From Octopus bimaculoides (taxonomy: Eukaryota), in contig NC_068981.1 of NCBI RefSeq assembly GCF_001194135.2, forward strand, positions 49,937,239 to 49,972,414: a stretch of DNA of 35,176 nt. Direction: 5' to 3'. The notes under the pieces were generated by a model. That model was given only the letters and a program-made list of their open reading frames with translations, did no database searches and was not told the origin of the DNA. The position numbers were made by a program, and so were the translations under genes. Shown one piece after another: positions 12,946 to 24,205 of the stretch (position 1 is its first letter; the number at the start of each line of letters is the position of its first letter).

Positions 12946-13244
12946 TCTATTATTGTTACGAATAGTACAATTAATAACAACAATAGTTATAATAACAATG
13001 ATGGTAATGATGACGTTAATAGTACTAATAATCGAGACTTCTCTACCCACTTCTCTAACGTCTCTTCTGACAATATTACATCCTCTAATCGTGAACACAA
13101 TTCCCGAAATTTACCTAATTGTAACCGCCGTCTTGGAACAATCTGCCCGTTACAAACCCATTGCAGAATATATAATGTAATCTACAAATGCACCGTCCTT
13201 AATCTATTACACAATTCTACAGCCATATACATAGGTCCAACTAT
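12946..13244 (+). mobile_element. Penelope-like fragment (N-rich linker + start of GIY-YIG), related to the copy at 1-735
   Basis: ORF 12898-13290 contains CNRRLGTICPLQTHCRIYNVIYKCTVLNLLHNSTAIYIG. By hand, 31/37 residues are identical to the 1-735 copy over this block. Confidence 0.85.
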
Positions 13245-14050
13245 TGCTCGACAGCTTCAGCTAGTACATCCTCTCCATATTGCATTTTGAGGAGTAACAG
13301 CATGCACGCGTTCATCTCTTTTCCTACTCTTTTGAGACGCGTTACTTCCCGTTGATCTATGCTTGATGGTTTTCCTCTGTTTTTGCTGGTTTTATTTCCG
13401 GTGACCCTAATTGTTGTTCCGATAAGATTTGAGACGCGTTTCTTCTTGTTGATCCATGCTTGATGGTTTTCCTCTGTTTTTGCTGGGGTTTTTTCAGGTG
13501 ACTCTAATTGCTGTTCCGATAAGATTTGGCATGGGCAAAGCTGCAAACCTCTCCCCTTACTCCATACCAGTAGGTGCCTTTTAAGTGAAATTTACATAAA
13601 ACCTGGGCTCTGTCAGTTTCTGACTTTTTGCATCTTCGTTTTTCCCTTTGGCGTTTTAGGTGTTTTGTCTTTGTTCTTATCCTTCCTCTTACCTTTGCTC
13701 TTCAGATCATCAGTCTTCTGTCTGTGTCAGTTTTTTGCCTGGCTCTGTTTATCACCACAGTGCAGTTAACTGTTCTTATTGTAGCCACTGTTGTTGTTAG
13801 TTTTGTTTGGTGGGGGGCAGTGGTATTCGCAGATAATTTTTCAGTGCTGTTTTTGGGATCAGTGTTGTCTGCAGTTTCTCTTTTGATACTGTCTCTTTGT
13901 CCTTCAATATTTTCTAGACATGCAAGGTTGAGCACTCCTGTTTCCTTCATTTTGTTTTCTATAATATCAATATATGGCTCGATAAGAGCATAGGAGTGTA
14001 TGAACTCTTGTGTTTCTAACGATCTATGCCATAGAACTGTGGTAACCATA
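13245..14050 (-). mobile_element. Degenerate ORF1-like fragment with CCCH zinc-finger remnants, probably from a non-LTR retrotransposon
   Basis: The minus strand reads VLCKFHLKGT(Y)WYGVRGEVCSFAHAK at ~13525-13605. The Y codon TAC is one change from Cys TGC, which would give C-x7-C-x8-C-x3-H. It is preceded by a T/N-rich and then a basic linker, and followed by KHGS and further Cys remnants. Confidence 0.55.
13331..13528. repeat. Two-copy tandem duplication, 97-bp unit
   Basis: GAGACGCG...GATAAGATTTG begins at 13334 and again at 13431, with scattered substitutions. Confidence 0.93.
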
Positions 14051-14097
14051 AATCTTCAAGGCCGCCGCTATTAGATTCATGAACGGAACTAGAATGA

Positions 14098-14376
14098 GAC
14101 GCCAAATCGACTTACCACGAAGAATGTCTTCTCAAGAAATTTCAGCAAACGCCAGAATGTAAAACGAGCAAAACAAATGAAAATATACAAAATTTGGCAA
14201 TACCTAGGTTTCGCCATTAACATTCACATTTACATTTGTGAATGTTAATGGCGAAACCTAGGTATGGAGCTTATTGCCAAATTTTGTATATTTTCATTTG
14301 ACTTGCTCCATTTACATTGTGGCGTTTGCTGAAATTTCTTGAGATCACATTCTTCATGGTAAGACCATTTGGCGTC
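14098..14376. repeat. Long inverted repeat/palindrome (fold-back; possible MITE)
   Basis: 14201-14228 is the exact reverse complement of 14237-14264 (28 bp, 8-nt loop TTTACATT). The outer arms 14098-14200 and 14274-14376 pair with ~10 mismatches in 103 bp by hand count. The right arm has a 9-nt extra segment (TGGAGCTTA). Confidence 0.95.
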
Positions 14377-14419
14377 TTCTTCCAGCATATTAAGAATCCA
14401 CCTTGGTGGTTCTTCCTCT

Positions 14420-14433
14420 GATATATATATATG

Positions 14434-14464
<31 letters not shown>

Positions 14465-14505
14465 CTGTGTGTGTGTGTGCGTGTGTGCGTGTGTATGTGT
14501 GTGCG
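14420..14505. repeat. (TA)/(TG)n microsatellite
   Basis: Seen directly. Confidence 0.95.
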
Positions 14506-15383
14506 TATATTAAGTGTATATGCGTGTATATGTCATTGTATGAATGTAATTATATATGCATGTGAGGAAAGAAGGCGAACCGAAACCATGAAGCTATTGG
14601 AAGTCAACCACACCAAATCTTTCTTTTTGTGCCACATTGTTTGCTTTATAATAGTATATACACAAGTCTAACTATTCCACATTTACAGTTCAAAATAAGA
14701 CCGCTTATATTCATTAAAATTGTTCCAAAACTTTTCAATACATATTCCCTTTAGATGTGTTCGTTTACAGATTTGATGTTTGTTCCTCCCTTCTCCATAG
14801 ACATTCATGCTTACAATACAAAAGGAATAGGGGAAAATTATTCCCTTGAGTCAAGATAAAGGAGAATGTGCTATATGATGCTAATTACCGTTATAAATCT
14901 TCATCTATTTGCTGTCGTTCATAATTATAGTGTAAATATGATTTATTATACACAAATTCAGATAATTTTATTATGGACATCTTACAAACAAATGGAATGT
15001 ATGCAAATTCTCCAAAACCTGCAGTTCCCATCCTATGTGAATTTCTTATGAAAAAATACTGACATATGTCAAATGCATACCTCTGACTGTTTGTGTTGAG
15101 TGTATATGCAAATATAATTCAATTTAGTGAAACTAACTTTCTTGAAATTAATTAATAGTATACCCACACTGGATTATCAGTAAAAACGCTATCGTGAATA
15201 TTTCTCTCATTCAAAATATGAGCCGTATCATTTCAAAGCATTTTATTAGCATCTTGTGCAAGAAACATCCCATTTAATGTTTCAATCGTAAAGGTTATAA
15301 CGAGCAACGATTTCGTTATACCATGCTACTACATTGAGGGATTGCATTTCGAACTCGAGCATCAGTACGTGTTACTTCATTAT

Positions 15384-15420
15384 ATGTGTGTGTGTGTGTG
15401 TGTGTATGTGTGTGTATGTG

Positions 15421-15462
<42 letters not shown>

Positions 15463-15472
15463 GTGTGTGTGT
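15384..15472. repeat. Compound (TG)n-(TA)n-(TG)n microsatellite
   Basis: Seen directly; it lies just beyond the 3' end of the R4-like element. Confidence 0.95.
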
Positions 15473-15544
15473 GAACATGTGTATACTTTATGTATGTATT
15501 CTCATGCATATAGTTGCCTATCTAGACATGCTCATATATATTTT

Positions 15545-17830
15545 AATGATAAACTTAAGGAAAGTTTTACAGATATTTACAGTTCAAGTGTTGGATTGGA
15601 TCTGTAGTCTTCGAGTTAGCTTTCTCCGTTCTGGTTTTGAGAAACATAATTTCTCAAGATTGGTATTTTCTTAGTGTGTTACACATCTCAGGTGTTACAT
15701 ACTGGTATAAATCTGAACTTGTTATCTGGATAGAGTAACTGCAGAGTTCAGCATAAGTGCTCTCATTTTCACTGATCTTCAGCTTTGTGTTAATATCCTG
15801 TTTACGGCTAATTTCCACATCTGTGCACAGTTTCTATCCCAAATCGTCATATCAGGCCTGTTGAACTTACATTTTATTAAGGTCTTCACTGATACATTCC
15901 ACCAGTATTCCTTCTATTATGAGTGGCTATGATTTCTACCATATTGTGTGTTCTTATTTCTTTGTCCTCGGGATTATCCTTCCGATGGATTTCATTATAG
16001 CGTGTCCTAACTATAACGTCATGTATGATCGGTAGATAATACCGTGATGACAATTTCGGACAACTGTTTATGATGTGGGTGATATCGTCAGTGTGAACTC
16101 CATAAAGTCTGCATCGGTTGTTACACTTTACGGCTTTACCTGCATCTCTATCTCTTTTGTACGTCTGGTACTTGGTTGATATTTCCTATTCCTGGATTTC
16201 AGACGCATACTCTTCAAAGGAATCTGGCTATTGGTCCATGATAAACTGCTTTGATGATCGATGTTACTATCATCGCGGAGTTTCTGGATCACAGTTGCAA
16301 GAGTTTCACCATCAATGGTGTATATCTTGGATGTAATGCAGGAGCAATAACGTTTGTCGGATTTCTTCCAGCCACAGAGCGTCTTGGTTAAACACCTTCT
16401 CTTCACTCCAGATTTTCCTCCAGAAGGTGTGTGTCTTCTCGTGAAAGAGATTCCTTGATATTTACTGCTCCTCCTCTCATGTCTCTGTATATTACTGCCT
16501 GGTTGCGCTTAATTTTTTTGTTTATTGTTCTTCTCTCAGCTATTCTCTTCTGATGTCAGAGCATTTCAGTGACAGCTTTTAGCTCCTGCTTTAGGGTAAT
16601 CAGTTTGGAAGTGATTGTCCTCTTTGCTGTCTCCAAACATAATTTCTATCTCCTTCTTTACCTTCTGTTGGTTTGACGTATAGTGACATGCTTGTTTGCA
16701 TGCAATAAGCATCATTACCTGACTGATGATCTTCCGTAGACCAGTTATTTTTTTCTGTATCTTCAAAACCCATGATGGTACTTTCTTTGTTATTTCCGTT
16801 TTGTATACTTTCTGAATATCATTCACGTACAGTTTTACAGTAGTAGCCAAAGCACATATGCAGGCGTTAATCTGCCAGTGTGTGGGTTCATCACACCGTT
16901 GTAAATACTCATCAACAATTTCGTTAATGACATTTAATTACGTATCTGGTGGCTTTTTTTGCTTACTCTAGTAGAAAACACTCTCTCCTCGAAATAGTCC
17001 TTCAAAAGCAAAGTCATTTTTCCTCAGAAAATTTCAGTAATGGCACATTTCACTGGCATACAATTCTGACAACCACTAGTAGTACAATAATCGTTGTGGT
17101 TGTCCCTTCTATATACTTTAGTCGTAGAAGGGGGACATTTGTCAGTTATTTGATCCAGTAATGTAGTTTGGCTGGCAGGCACTATAGAATCTATTGGAAT
17201 GTCGCTAGCTGCGAATCAAAGTGGTGGTCTTATGTCATTCACATTTTCGTTTTTGTTTATAGAGATGGAAAGAAGTTTAATTTTCGATTTCTTAATAAAG
17301 TTACAGTTACTAACCTTCTTTCAATGTTCTACAAAATATTGCTTGTTGGCGTATTTCCTTCGCAGTAAAACGATTTAATTCTGGATACAGATCGTCCCAA
17401 TATAATTTCAGTCGTTTCATATAGCCAACAGCGGGGTTTTGTTTCGCTTTTTCGTAGCATTTAAATGGATCATTATTCATTTAATAACTCAACAGAAATG
17501 AGTTTTGTAGTTACGGTTTCCTCTATAACTACAGCTAGAAAGAATCTGTTTACCTGTTGAGCTGTTGTTTTCATTATTTTCCTCGATTGTGGTGCTGTCG
17601 ATGCTGTGTCCAGCCATGATGCTTGTAGTAACTCTCTCCATGCTAAATTCAAGTTTCAGTCAAAAGTCCCTACGATTTTGAATAAAAGGCTCCCTCAGAT
17701 AATTCACCTGAAGATTAATAAGTTATTTGACAAAACTGATAGTTGTGGCTCCAAAGTTGGAGATAGCATTCATCGTATTTTCGATAAATAGTCTCTCATG
17801 CCAAATACTCGGCTTGTCGCTTCGAATGTG
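15545..17830 (-). mobile_element. R4/Dong-clade non-LTR retrotransposon (restriction-like endonuclease type), degenerate, RT domain deleted
   Basis: N-terminal Myb-like CYEKAKQNPAVGYMKRLKLYWDDLYPE..KEIRQQA (~17340-17460), then VPSWVLKIQKKITGLRKIISQ and FWRKIWSEEKVFNQDALWLEEI. Zinc knuckle NRCRL(Y)G..DITHIINSCPKL..Y..IHD, RLE motif YWWN..NRPDMTIWD..DVEI and C-terminal LQIQS..TVNICKTFLKF. No RT motifs lie between ~16280 and the post-RT segment. Confidence 0.87.
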
Positions 17831-17847
17831 TGTAGTATGCATTTATG

Positions 17848-17968
17848 TACGAGGGGTGCTGATAATGTTCTGGCTTTAGGTGAAAGAAAATACAGGACGA
17901 TGAGTTAATTATGATATCACTCAAGCTATTCCAGTCTCAGAATCACACACTTATTGCAGCGGACCTCT
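17848..17968 (-). mobile_element. Mariner-family 3' end fragment (TIR + last codons of the transposase)
   Basis: TA followed by CGAGGGGTGCTGATAATGTTCTGGCTT, a mariner-type TIR. The minus strand just inside reads RCNKCVILRLE (cf. RWxKCVxxxGxYVE). Confidence 0.65.
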
Positions 17969-17974
17969 AATATC

Positions 17975-18078
17975 TGTATGCATACACACATACATACAGC
18001 CATGCAGACATACAGACAGACGAATAGACAGATGGACAGACAGATAGACATATCTACACGTATACATACATACATACA
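17975..18078. repeat. Mixed (CA)/(GACA)/(TACA) simple repeats
   Basis: Seen directly. Confidence 0.9.
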
Positions 18079-19729
18079 TGTAACCAAATTATGAAAACAC
18101 AGGATCATGAAGTGTTCCAGTAGCTTAACCGAAATTGTGTGGCTTAATCATTGGGCCCACTTTCTTATAGAAATTAATTACAATCAGGTATTTATTTGTT
18201 TGCATTTCCTATTCTTCTGTACTGCTGTATTGTTATAGAATAGGTAACGTTGGGTTGACGGCATTGCATAATTACAAGAAACCCCTGTGAAATTCTCTCA
18301 TAAATCAACCTGCAGTTTTTAATAAATATACATAAAATATAGAATGGAAGAATGGTAGTCTCCAAAGCACTCTCCAGACACGAAGTTAAACTGTATAATT
18401 CTATTTCTTGGTTATGCGTAGAAAATCATTAATGTGACCAGAATGCGGAAATTTTACGGCAAAATATATACACATGGCTCTCCCATGTTTAAAACTATAT
18501 ATATTTTCTTAGTAGTTACTCCAAGTCTCCGATTAACTATTTCTAGCAGCTGTGAAGAGTTGACGCCGATACGAATAAATGAATATTTGCCAGAGCATGT
18601 ATTATGAATGTCTTTCTAGATAATATATGAATACAATCTTTCAAGAAAAATGAGTAGCTGCAAAAAGTTGAAAATTTTGCCAAGTTTGTTACAAAATATC
18701 CGAAATAATCCCGTAATGTTTCATCTATCATCTGTTATGAAATGTTTCTGACCAGATTTTTTTTTAAATGAATAAATAAAAAAAACTGTGAAAATAGAAA
18801 AGGAAACTTTAAAACGTAAATGTGTATAAATATGACGGTAATATAATCATCAGAGTCTGAAAGAAAGAAATATATCTTTTATTTGAAAATGTGAAATAAA
18901 ATGTTAGAAATGACAGGATGTATGGGTTACAATAATTTAAAACATGACAATTGTGAAGAACTAATGGGCAAAAATATGAAAAAAATTGAAAACAACAGGA
19001 TTTTCAAAACATATTAAATGGGGTAAAGTAAAGGAATATACTGACATTATATTTTCAATTTCATACACGGTATTTCTAGAAGAATACATGAAAGAATTTA
19101 TGTATGTGTTTTGTTTGAGAAGAATGAATAAAATATGTATAATTAACATATATATTGCAAAATAAAATAAATTTTCAAAAGAGAATTTGTAGCTTAATGT
19201 ATATTCATTCATACACAAATAAAAGAAGTAAAATGCTGATAATAAAAGTGAAAAGTAGAAATTTATTTGCGATATAATAAAATAAATGTGTAAGATATTT
19301 TTATCATTAAACTCAATAGTAAATTTAAATGATCATCTTATTTGTTGAGTGCAACACAAAACAACAGCGGATGTAAACAAGTATAAATATAAGTAGAAAA
19401 GCTTAGATAAAAAGGAACAAGAGAAGTTTCAAAATTCAAGTTATATTTCAAAGTAAGTATACGAAAGTGCATGAAGACAAATGTGAAGGAATGTAAATAA
19501 AATGATAAATAAATATATATCTTGGTATTATGTGTGTATATATATATATTACGTCATCCCATAATTAATGCAGTTTTTTCACTTGCAAGATATAATTCGG
19601 AGGGGGACGTGATAAACTACCTGCGTCAATTTCCAATAAAAGCATGTAGTAATTTTACCGTGTACTTATTCTTAGTGCTAAGTTTGAAGAGTGCAGTTTG
19701 ATATTAAAAGATATATTTCCATGTCTTTA

Positions 19730-20761
19730 ATGGAAGTGACAAAGGCGCATATTCGGCATATTTTGCTTTATGATTTCAATAAAGGCAACAACGCAACGGA
19801 GTGTGCGAGAAATAGTAATGCAGTACATAGGGATCGGACAATAATCGTAAGGCAATCTAAGCGGTAGTTCCAGAAATTCTACGCCGAAGACCACAGCCAA
19901 GACGAGCCTCATCCTGGAAGATCTGTAGTGCTCAACGAGGACGTCCTGCAAACTCTAGTGGGAGAAAATATCACCGAAACTGTTGAGGAACTACCAGAGA
20001 AGCTTCGATTTCGTCATTCGATCATATATCGACACCTGCATGCTATCGAGAAAGACAGCAAATTGGATTAATGGATTCCTCATAAACTTTCCGATGCTGA
20101 TCATACGCAGAGAGTGAATCTGCACTCTTCTTTGCTGTAACATCTCACGAATGAACCATTTTTGAACTGAATAGTAACTGGTGATGAGAAATGGGTTCTC
20201 TATAAATATGTCAAGAGCCGAATACAGTGTGAGAAACACCGGCAACCCAGGCTTAAGAAGGTTTTCACCTGCGTAAGTTGTTGTTATCTGTTTTGTGCAA
20301 TACGAAAGGTTTAGACCACTTTGATATTTAATCACAGACTAAACGATAACAGGAGATCTGATGCAGTAGCTTGAACGGGTTACGTTAGTGATAGAAGAAA
20401 ATCAACCATCTTTGGTTTCAAGATGAAAGGTGTTCTTCCATCAGGCTAATGCTTGGCCACATACAGCGTGGATGACATGGAGCAGTTTGAATTGGAAACG
20501 AGACCTCGTTGAATTGGAAACGAGACCTCGGTGAATTGGAAACGAGATCTCACCGTTCATATTTGATTGACATTACACCATCATTTATTCTGCAGTTTTC
20601 AAAATCATTGCAAGGGAAAGAACATGTAGACGAGGCTACAACGGTACTGGAGGAGAGTTTTTCGTCACGGACAAGTGAAGTTTGGAAGAGGGGCCTTTAA
20701 AATCTATCAGATAACATGGAAGAGCATTGTAGAAAATGAAGGAGAGAATATTTTAGATTAA
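19730..20761 (+). pseudogene. Mariner transposase pseudogene
   Basis: MEVTKAHIRHILLYDFNKGNNATECARN (HTH), then W(I)PHKL, IVTGDEKWVLY, FHQANAWPHT (cf. HQDNARPH) and a degenerate YSPDLAP region. It ends ENEGENILD* at 20761. Several in-frame stops and frameshifts. Confidence 0.93.
20488..20551 (+). repeat. Tandem triplication of a 22-bp unit inside the mariner
   Basis: TGAATTGGAAACGAGACCTCG(T/G) at 20488 and 20510, with a partial third copy at 20532. Confidence 0.93.
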
Positions 20762-20883
20762 AAAAGAACTTTATCTTAATGTTGAAGAAATGGAAGAAGT
20801 ATGAAAAAACTGCATTATTTTTAGGTTGACCCAATATATATATTTGTAAGTATGTATGCCCATATATATATGTAAATGTTTAC

Positions 20884-21074
20884 NNNNNNNNNNNNNNNNN
20901 NNNNNNNNNNNNNNNNNNNNNNNNNNNNNNNNNNNNNNNNNNNNNNNNNNNNNNNNNNNNNNNNNNNNNNNNNNNNNNNNNNNNNNNNNNNNNNNNNNNN
21001 NNNNNNNNNNNNNNNNNNNNNNNNNNNNNNNNNNNNNNNNNNNNNNNNNNNNNNNNNNNNNNNNNNNNNNNNNN
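20884..21074. other. Assembly gap (N run)
   Basis: Seen directly. Confidence 0.98.
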
Positions 21075-24000
21075 ATATACACATATATCTATGTGTGTGT
21101 ATATGAACATTCCTATATGCGTGTGTGTGTAGAGAGAGTGTTAGGTGTAATGTAATGAAATTGAATATTGTGAAGAGAGTTGTCAGAATTTTAAAAAAAG
21201 ATCTTTTAATTTCTTTATTATTATTAGCGGTTTCGTTTGTTTCTCGAACTTGTTAAATAAAGTTTTGTAAATGTACAAATTGCTTCTTCATTTATATAAA
21301 ACATGTATGGAACTGAATAAGAAAAAAATATTGTTAGTAACGAAAGCAATATCTGTTGAAAACAGCTAGCTGTATATAATACTTGAAGCGCATATGCCTT
21401 TTGAAGTTTGCTAATGTGTATTCCTCACGAGAACATTTCTGTAATCTTATTAATAGCTGATGGAATTCTGGTGGAATTACTAACTACGTATTTATGCCTC
21501 TTTTCGCTTTGTCTGTAGTATGTATTTTAAAAATATTCATTTTCGACTCATGATAAAGCTTGCGATTGAGAATTTTGACAGCAAGTTCAGGATGCATCTT
21601 AAAAGAAAAAGCAACAATTTTCATAATCTACACGATAATTCCATTAAAAGAATTTGAATCAAAATTTCGATTAAATGCTTGTAAGTGAGAATATTATCAA
21701 ATGCTGTCACAAGCATACATATATTAAACCTGACATTGAAAGGAAATATGGATTCAAATATAAACAAAGAAATGCATTCGAATTTAAATAAATAATAGGA
21801 TTGCAACCACATACCAATTTTAATTATTATGACTTTGTAAGGCGACTAGCAGGTAGAATTTTTCAGGCGCCAGGTAAAATAAAGAGCAGCCTTTTTCTAA
21901 CGAATCTAGTAGAGGTTTTATCAGCCCTAACGCTACACATTTAAGCAGAGTTTATGTGGAAATATTACCTTCTTTACATTTCGCTAAATAGTGAATTTTT
22001 ATTTACGGAATATTCGTTTGTAATTTTTGGAATATTTTGATAAAATCGCTGAAAGAATTTTTTGAAGATTCTTCCATTTTTGGATATTTCTATTTCAATC
22101 ATTACCATTTTCCAATAATATAATGCGATCGACATCTCTAGTTTTTAACATTTCTCTATACAATTAGCAAGTCATCTGTAACTCCTTTTTCTTTCTTTTT
22201 TTTATAACATAAAACTTTCTAAAAATGGATGGAATACTTTTTTTCTACGTAGAAATGCGGATATTTTATGAGAATGACTTGTGTAAATCTTTGGTTGATA
22301 TTGAGTTTCTAATACAAGTCTTTCCGATGGTTTGTAACGTGGGTTTTTTTTTCCGGTGACAGCAAAGTTACTAATAAAAAAGAGAGTTATTGGAAATATA
22401 CTGGGTCAAGTTCATTGGAACATTTTTACATAATAAACCTAATAAATCCTAACTTTTTCATGAACATAATGCCGCACTCACACTTAGCTCTTATGTGAAC
22501 AAAGAGGTTGCTTGATTGGTCTCACTTTTCTGTTTCGCAGGCAGGCAGATTTATCTCTATGCGAAAACAAGACACAAAAGCCAGCACAAACACCCCACAA
22601 TATTTTACTCCTTGGGATCTCTTTGGCTTCACTTTTTGAAGTTTTAACATTTAATGAACATAATTGTTCGCGCTGATTTTGATATTGGTATTCACCTGTT
22701 CCAGAAATATGTTAGCAAGCAGATACAGAGGTTTCAAGTTTGGTAATTTTTACCAAATCAGAAATCAGGATTTGGAAGCTGATATATTGCGCGTGATGAC
22801 AACATTACGACGACCGATGACAATAAAACGACGGCAAAACATTCAACGACGAAAGTTTGAAAACCATTTAATGAATAAAGACCTGTGTAATGTTGGAACA
22901 GATATGTCATGCGCCAAGCAGACTATGTGATGACTGTTTGCTACTGGATAGCGCTATTCTAATGTCCTAATGTCCATATTTCTACCAAGAAAGTATATAA
23001 TTATTGGCGGTAGATAAATTATTAAGTATTTTACGTATATTATAGCAACAGCATAGTGATTTGCTGGAAAAAAAATTGTGGTTAGAGGGTTGAGTTAATT
23101 CTGAGCACACCGTGATTTTTGATGTTGAAAGGATAAAACACCTACAGATAACCAGTTCACGGTTTCAAGTGTGAGAAAATATTGAAGAAGAAAAAAGTAA
23201 TTTGTTCTTTCATTTTCCATAAGAAGAAAAAATTCTAACACATTTTGACAATTGTTTCCTTTTACATAGACACGGTAACGAGGATGTTAAGTTACGAAAA
23301 GACAAGCAGATGCGTAAGCAGACGACACAACACCTTGGCTTGTTACGATGGAAATAGGCACCAATTTGTCTGTGGATCTCGATTGGCTAAAATTACCCTA
23401 AATTTGCCGAATTAATAAAACTATTAACTTATGTCAAAACTGAATTTTATTTCTATAAATAGCATACAAAACTGCAGCAATACACCGTATTTCAAGTCAA
23501 TTCGAAAATCATTGAAGGCATTGAAAACTGAACGAAAAAAGGGTCCATTCCTTTTCCCTCTGAATGTATGTCTGCGCGCACGCACGTGTCTATTTATGTG
23601 CGTATCATATATGTGTATATGGCGGAATGCATACGCACACACACACGCACACATACAAGCAGAAACACACGCATACAGAATTAGTAGATCATTTAATCTA
23701 AAAGTTAAATCAGCGCATTCATTACCACTAATCAGAGGGCAACACTACTTTCACACCTTTACTATTTGTTTGTAAGTAATATATAAGTCACTGCTTTATT
23801 CCTTCCTGACTTGAAATAGACTAGGGGGTGTGATGAGAGGACATTGAACATTGAAGAAAGGTCAGTGATGAGGTCGGGAAATGCCATGGAAAGATTTTAA
23901 CAAACGACTGAGTGTTTAACCAACAAATTAAATAAATAATCGCTCTTTTAGGTAAAAGAGCCATGCACTAAGCATTAAAAAAGATGAAATTGAAGCAGTA

Positions 24001-24109
24001 TGTATATTTATCATTATCATGTGCATAATGACCCACGTTAGAAACAACGAAATGTGTTCCAACAATCGAATTCGAATCAAGAATCTTTCTATCCAAAAAT
24101 GATGCCTAT

Positions 24110-24205
24110 GTATATATACACATGCGTATGTGAATGTATGTATGTATGTATGTATGTATGTATGTATGTATGTATACATGTGTGTGTGTGTATGTATGTA
24201 TATGT
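24110..24205. repeat. (TATG)n/(TG)n simple repeat
   Basis: Seen directly. Confidence 0.93.

Larger units (their letters stand above)
19547..20836 (+). mobile_element. Full-length non-functional mariner (Tc1/mariner, DD34D type) DNA transposon, ~1.29 kb
   Basis: Imperfect TIRs at 19547-19580 and 20803-20836 (28/34 matches by hand, counting the terminal TA), each flanked by TA within (TA)n. Confidence 0.95.

Noticed and set aside
18740-19500. Extremely A/T-rich, A-skewed stretch
   Set aside because: I found no periodicity, motif or meaningful ORF; it is consistent with background low-complexity DNA.
20488-20551. Repeated 22-mer as a possible CRISPR array
   Set aside because: The units are directly adjacent with no spacers, lie inside a mariner ORF, and the context is eukaryotic.
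22523-22742. Strong-looking splice acceptor (CACTTTTCTGTTTCGCAG|) at 22540
   Set aside because: All three frames hit stops before the next plausible donor at ~22743. Nothing supports a coding exon, though a non-coding exon cannot be excluded.
23838-23856. Short resemblance to 5.8S rRNA (GGACATTGAACAT)
   Set aside because: About 13 nt only, with no flanking rRNA similarity.
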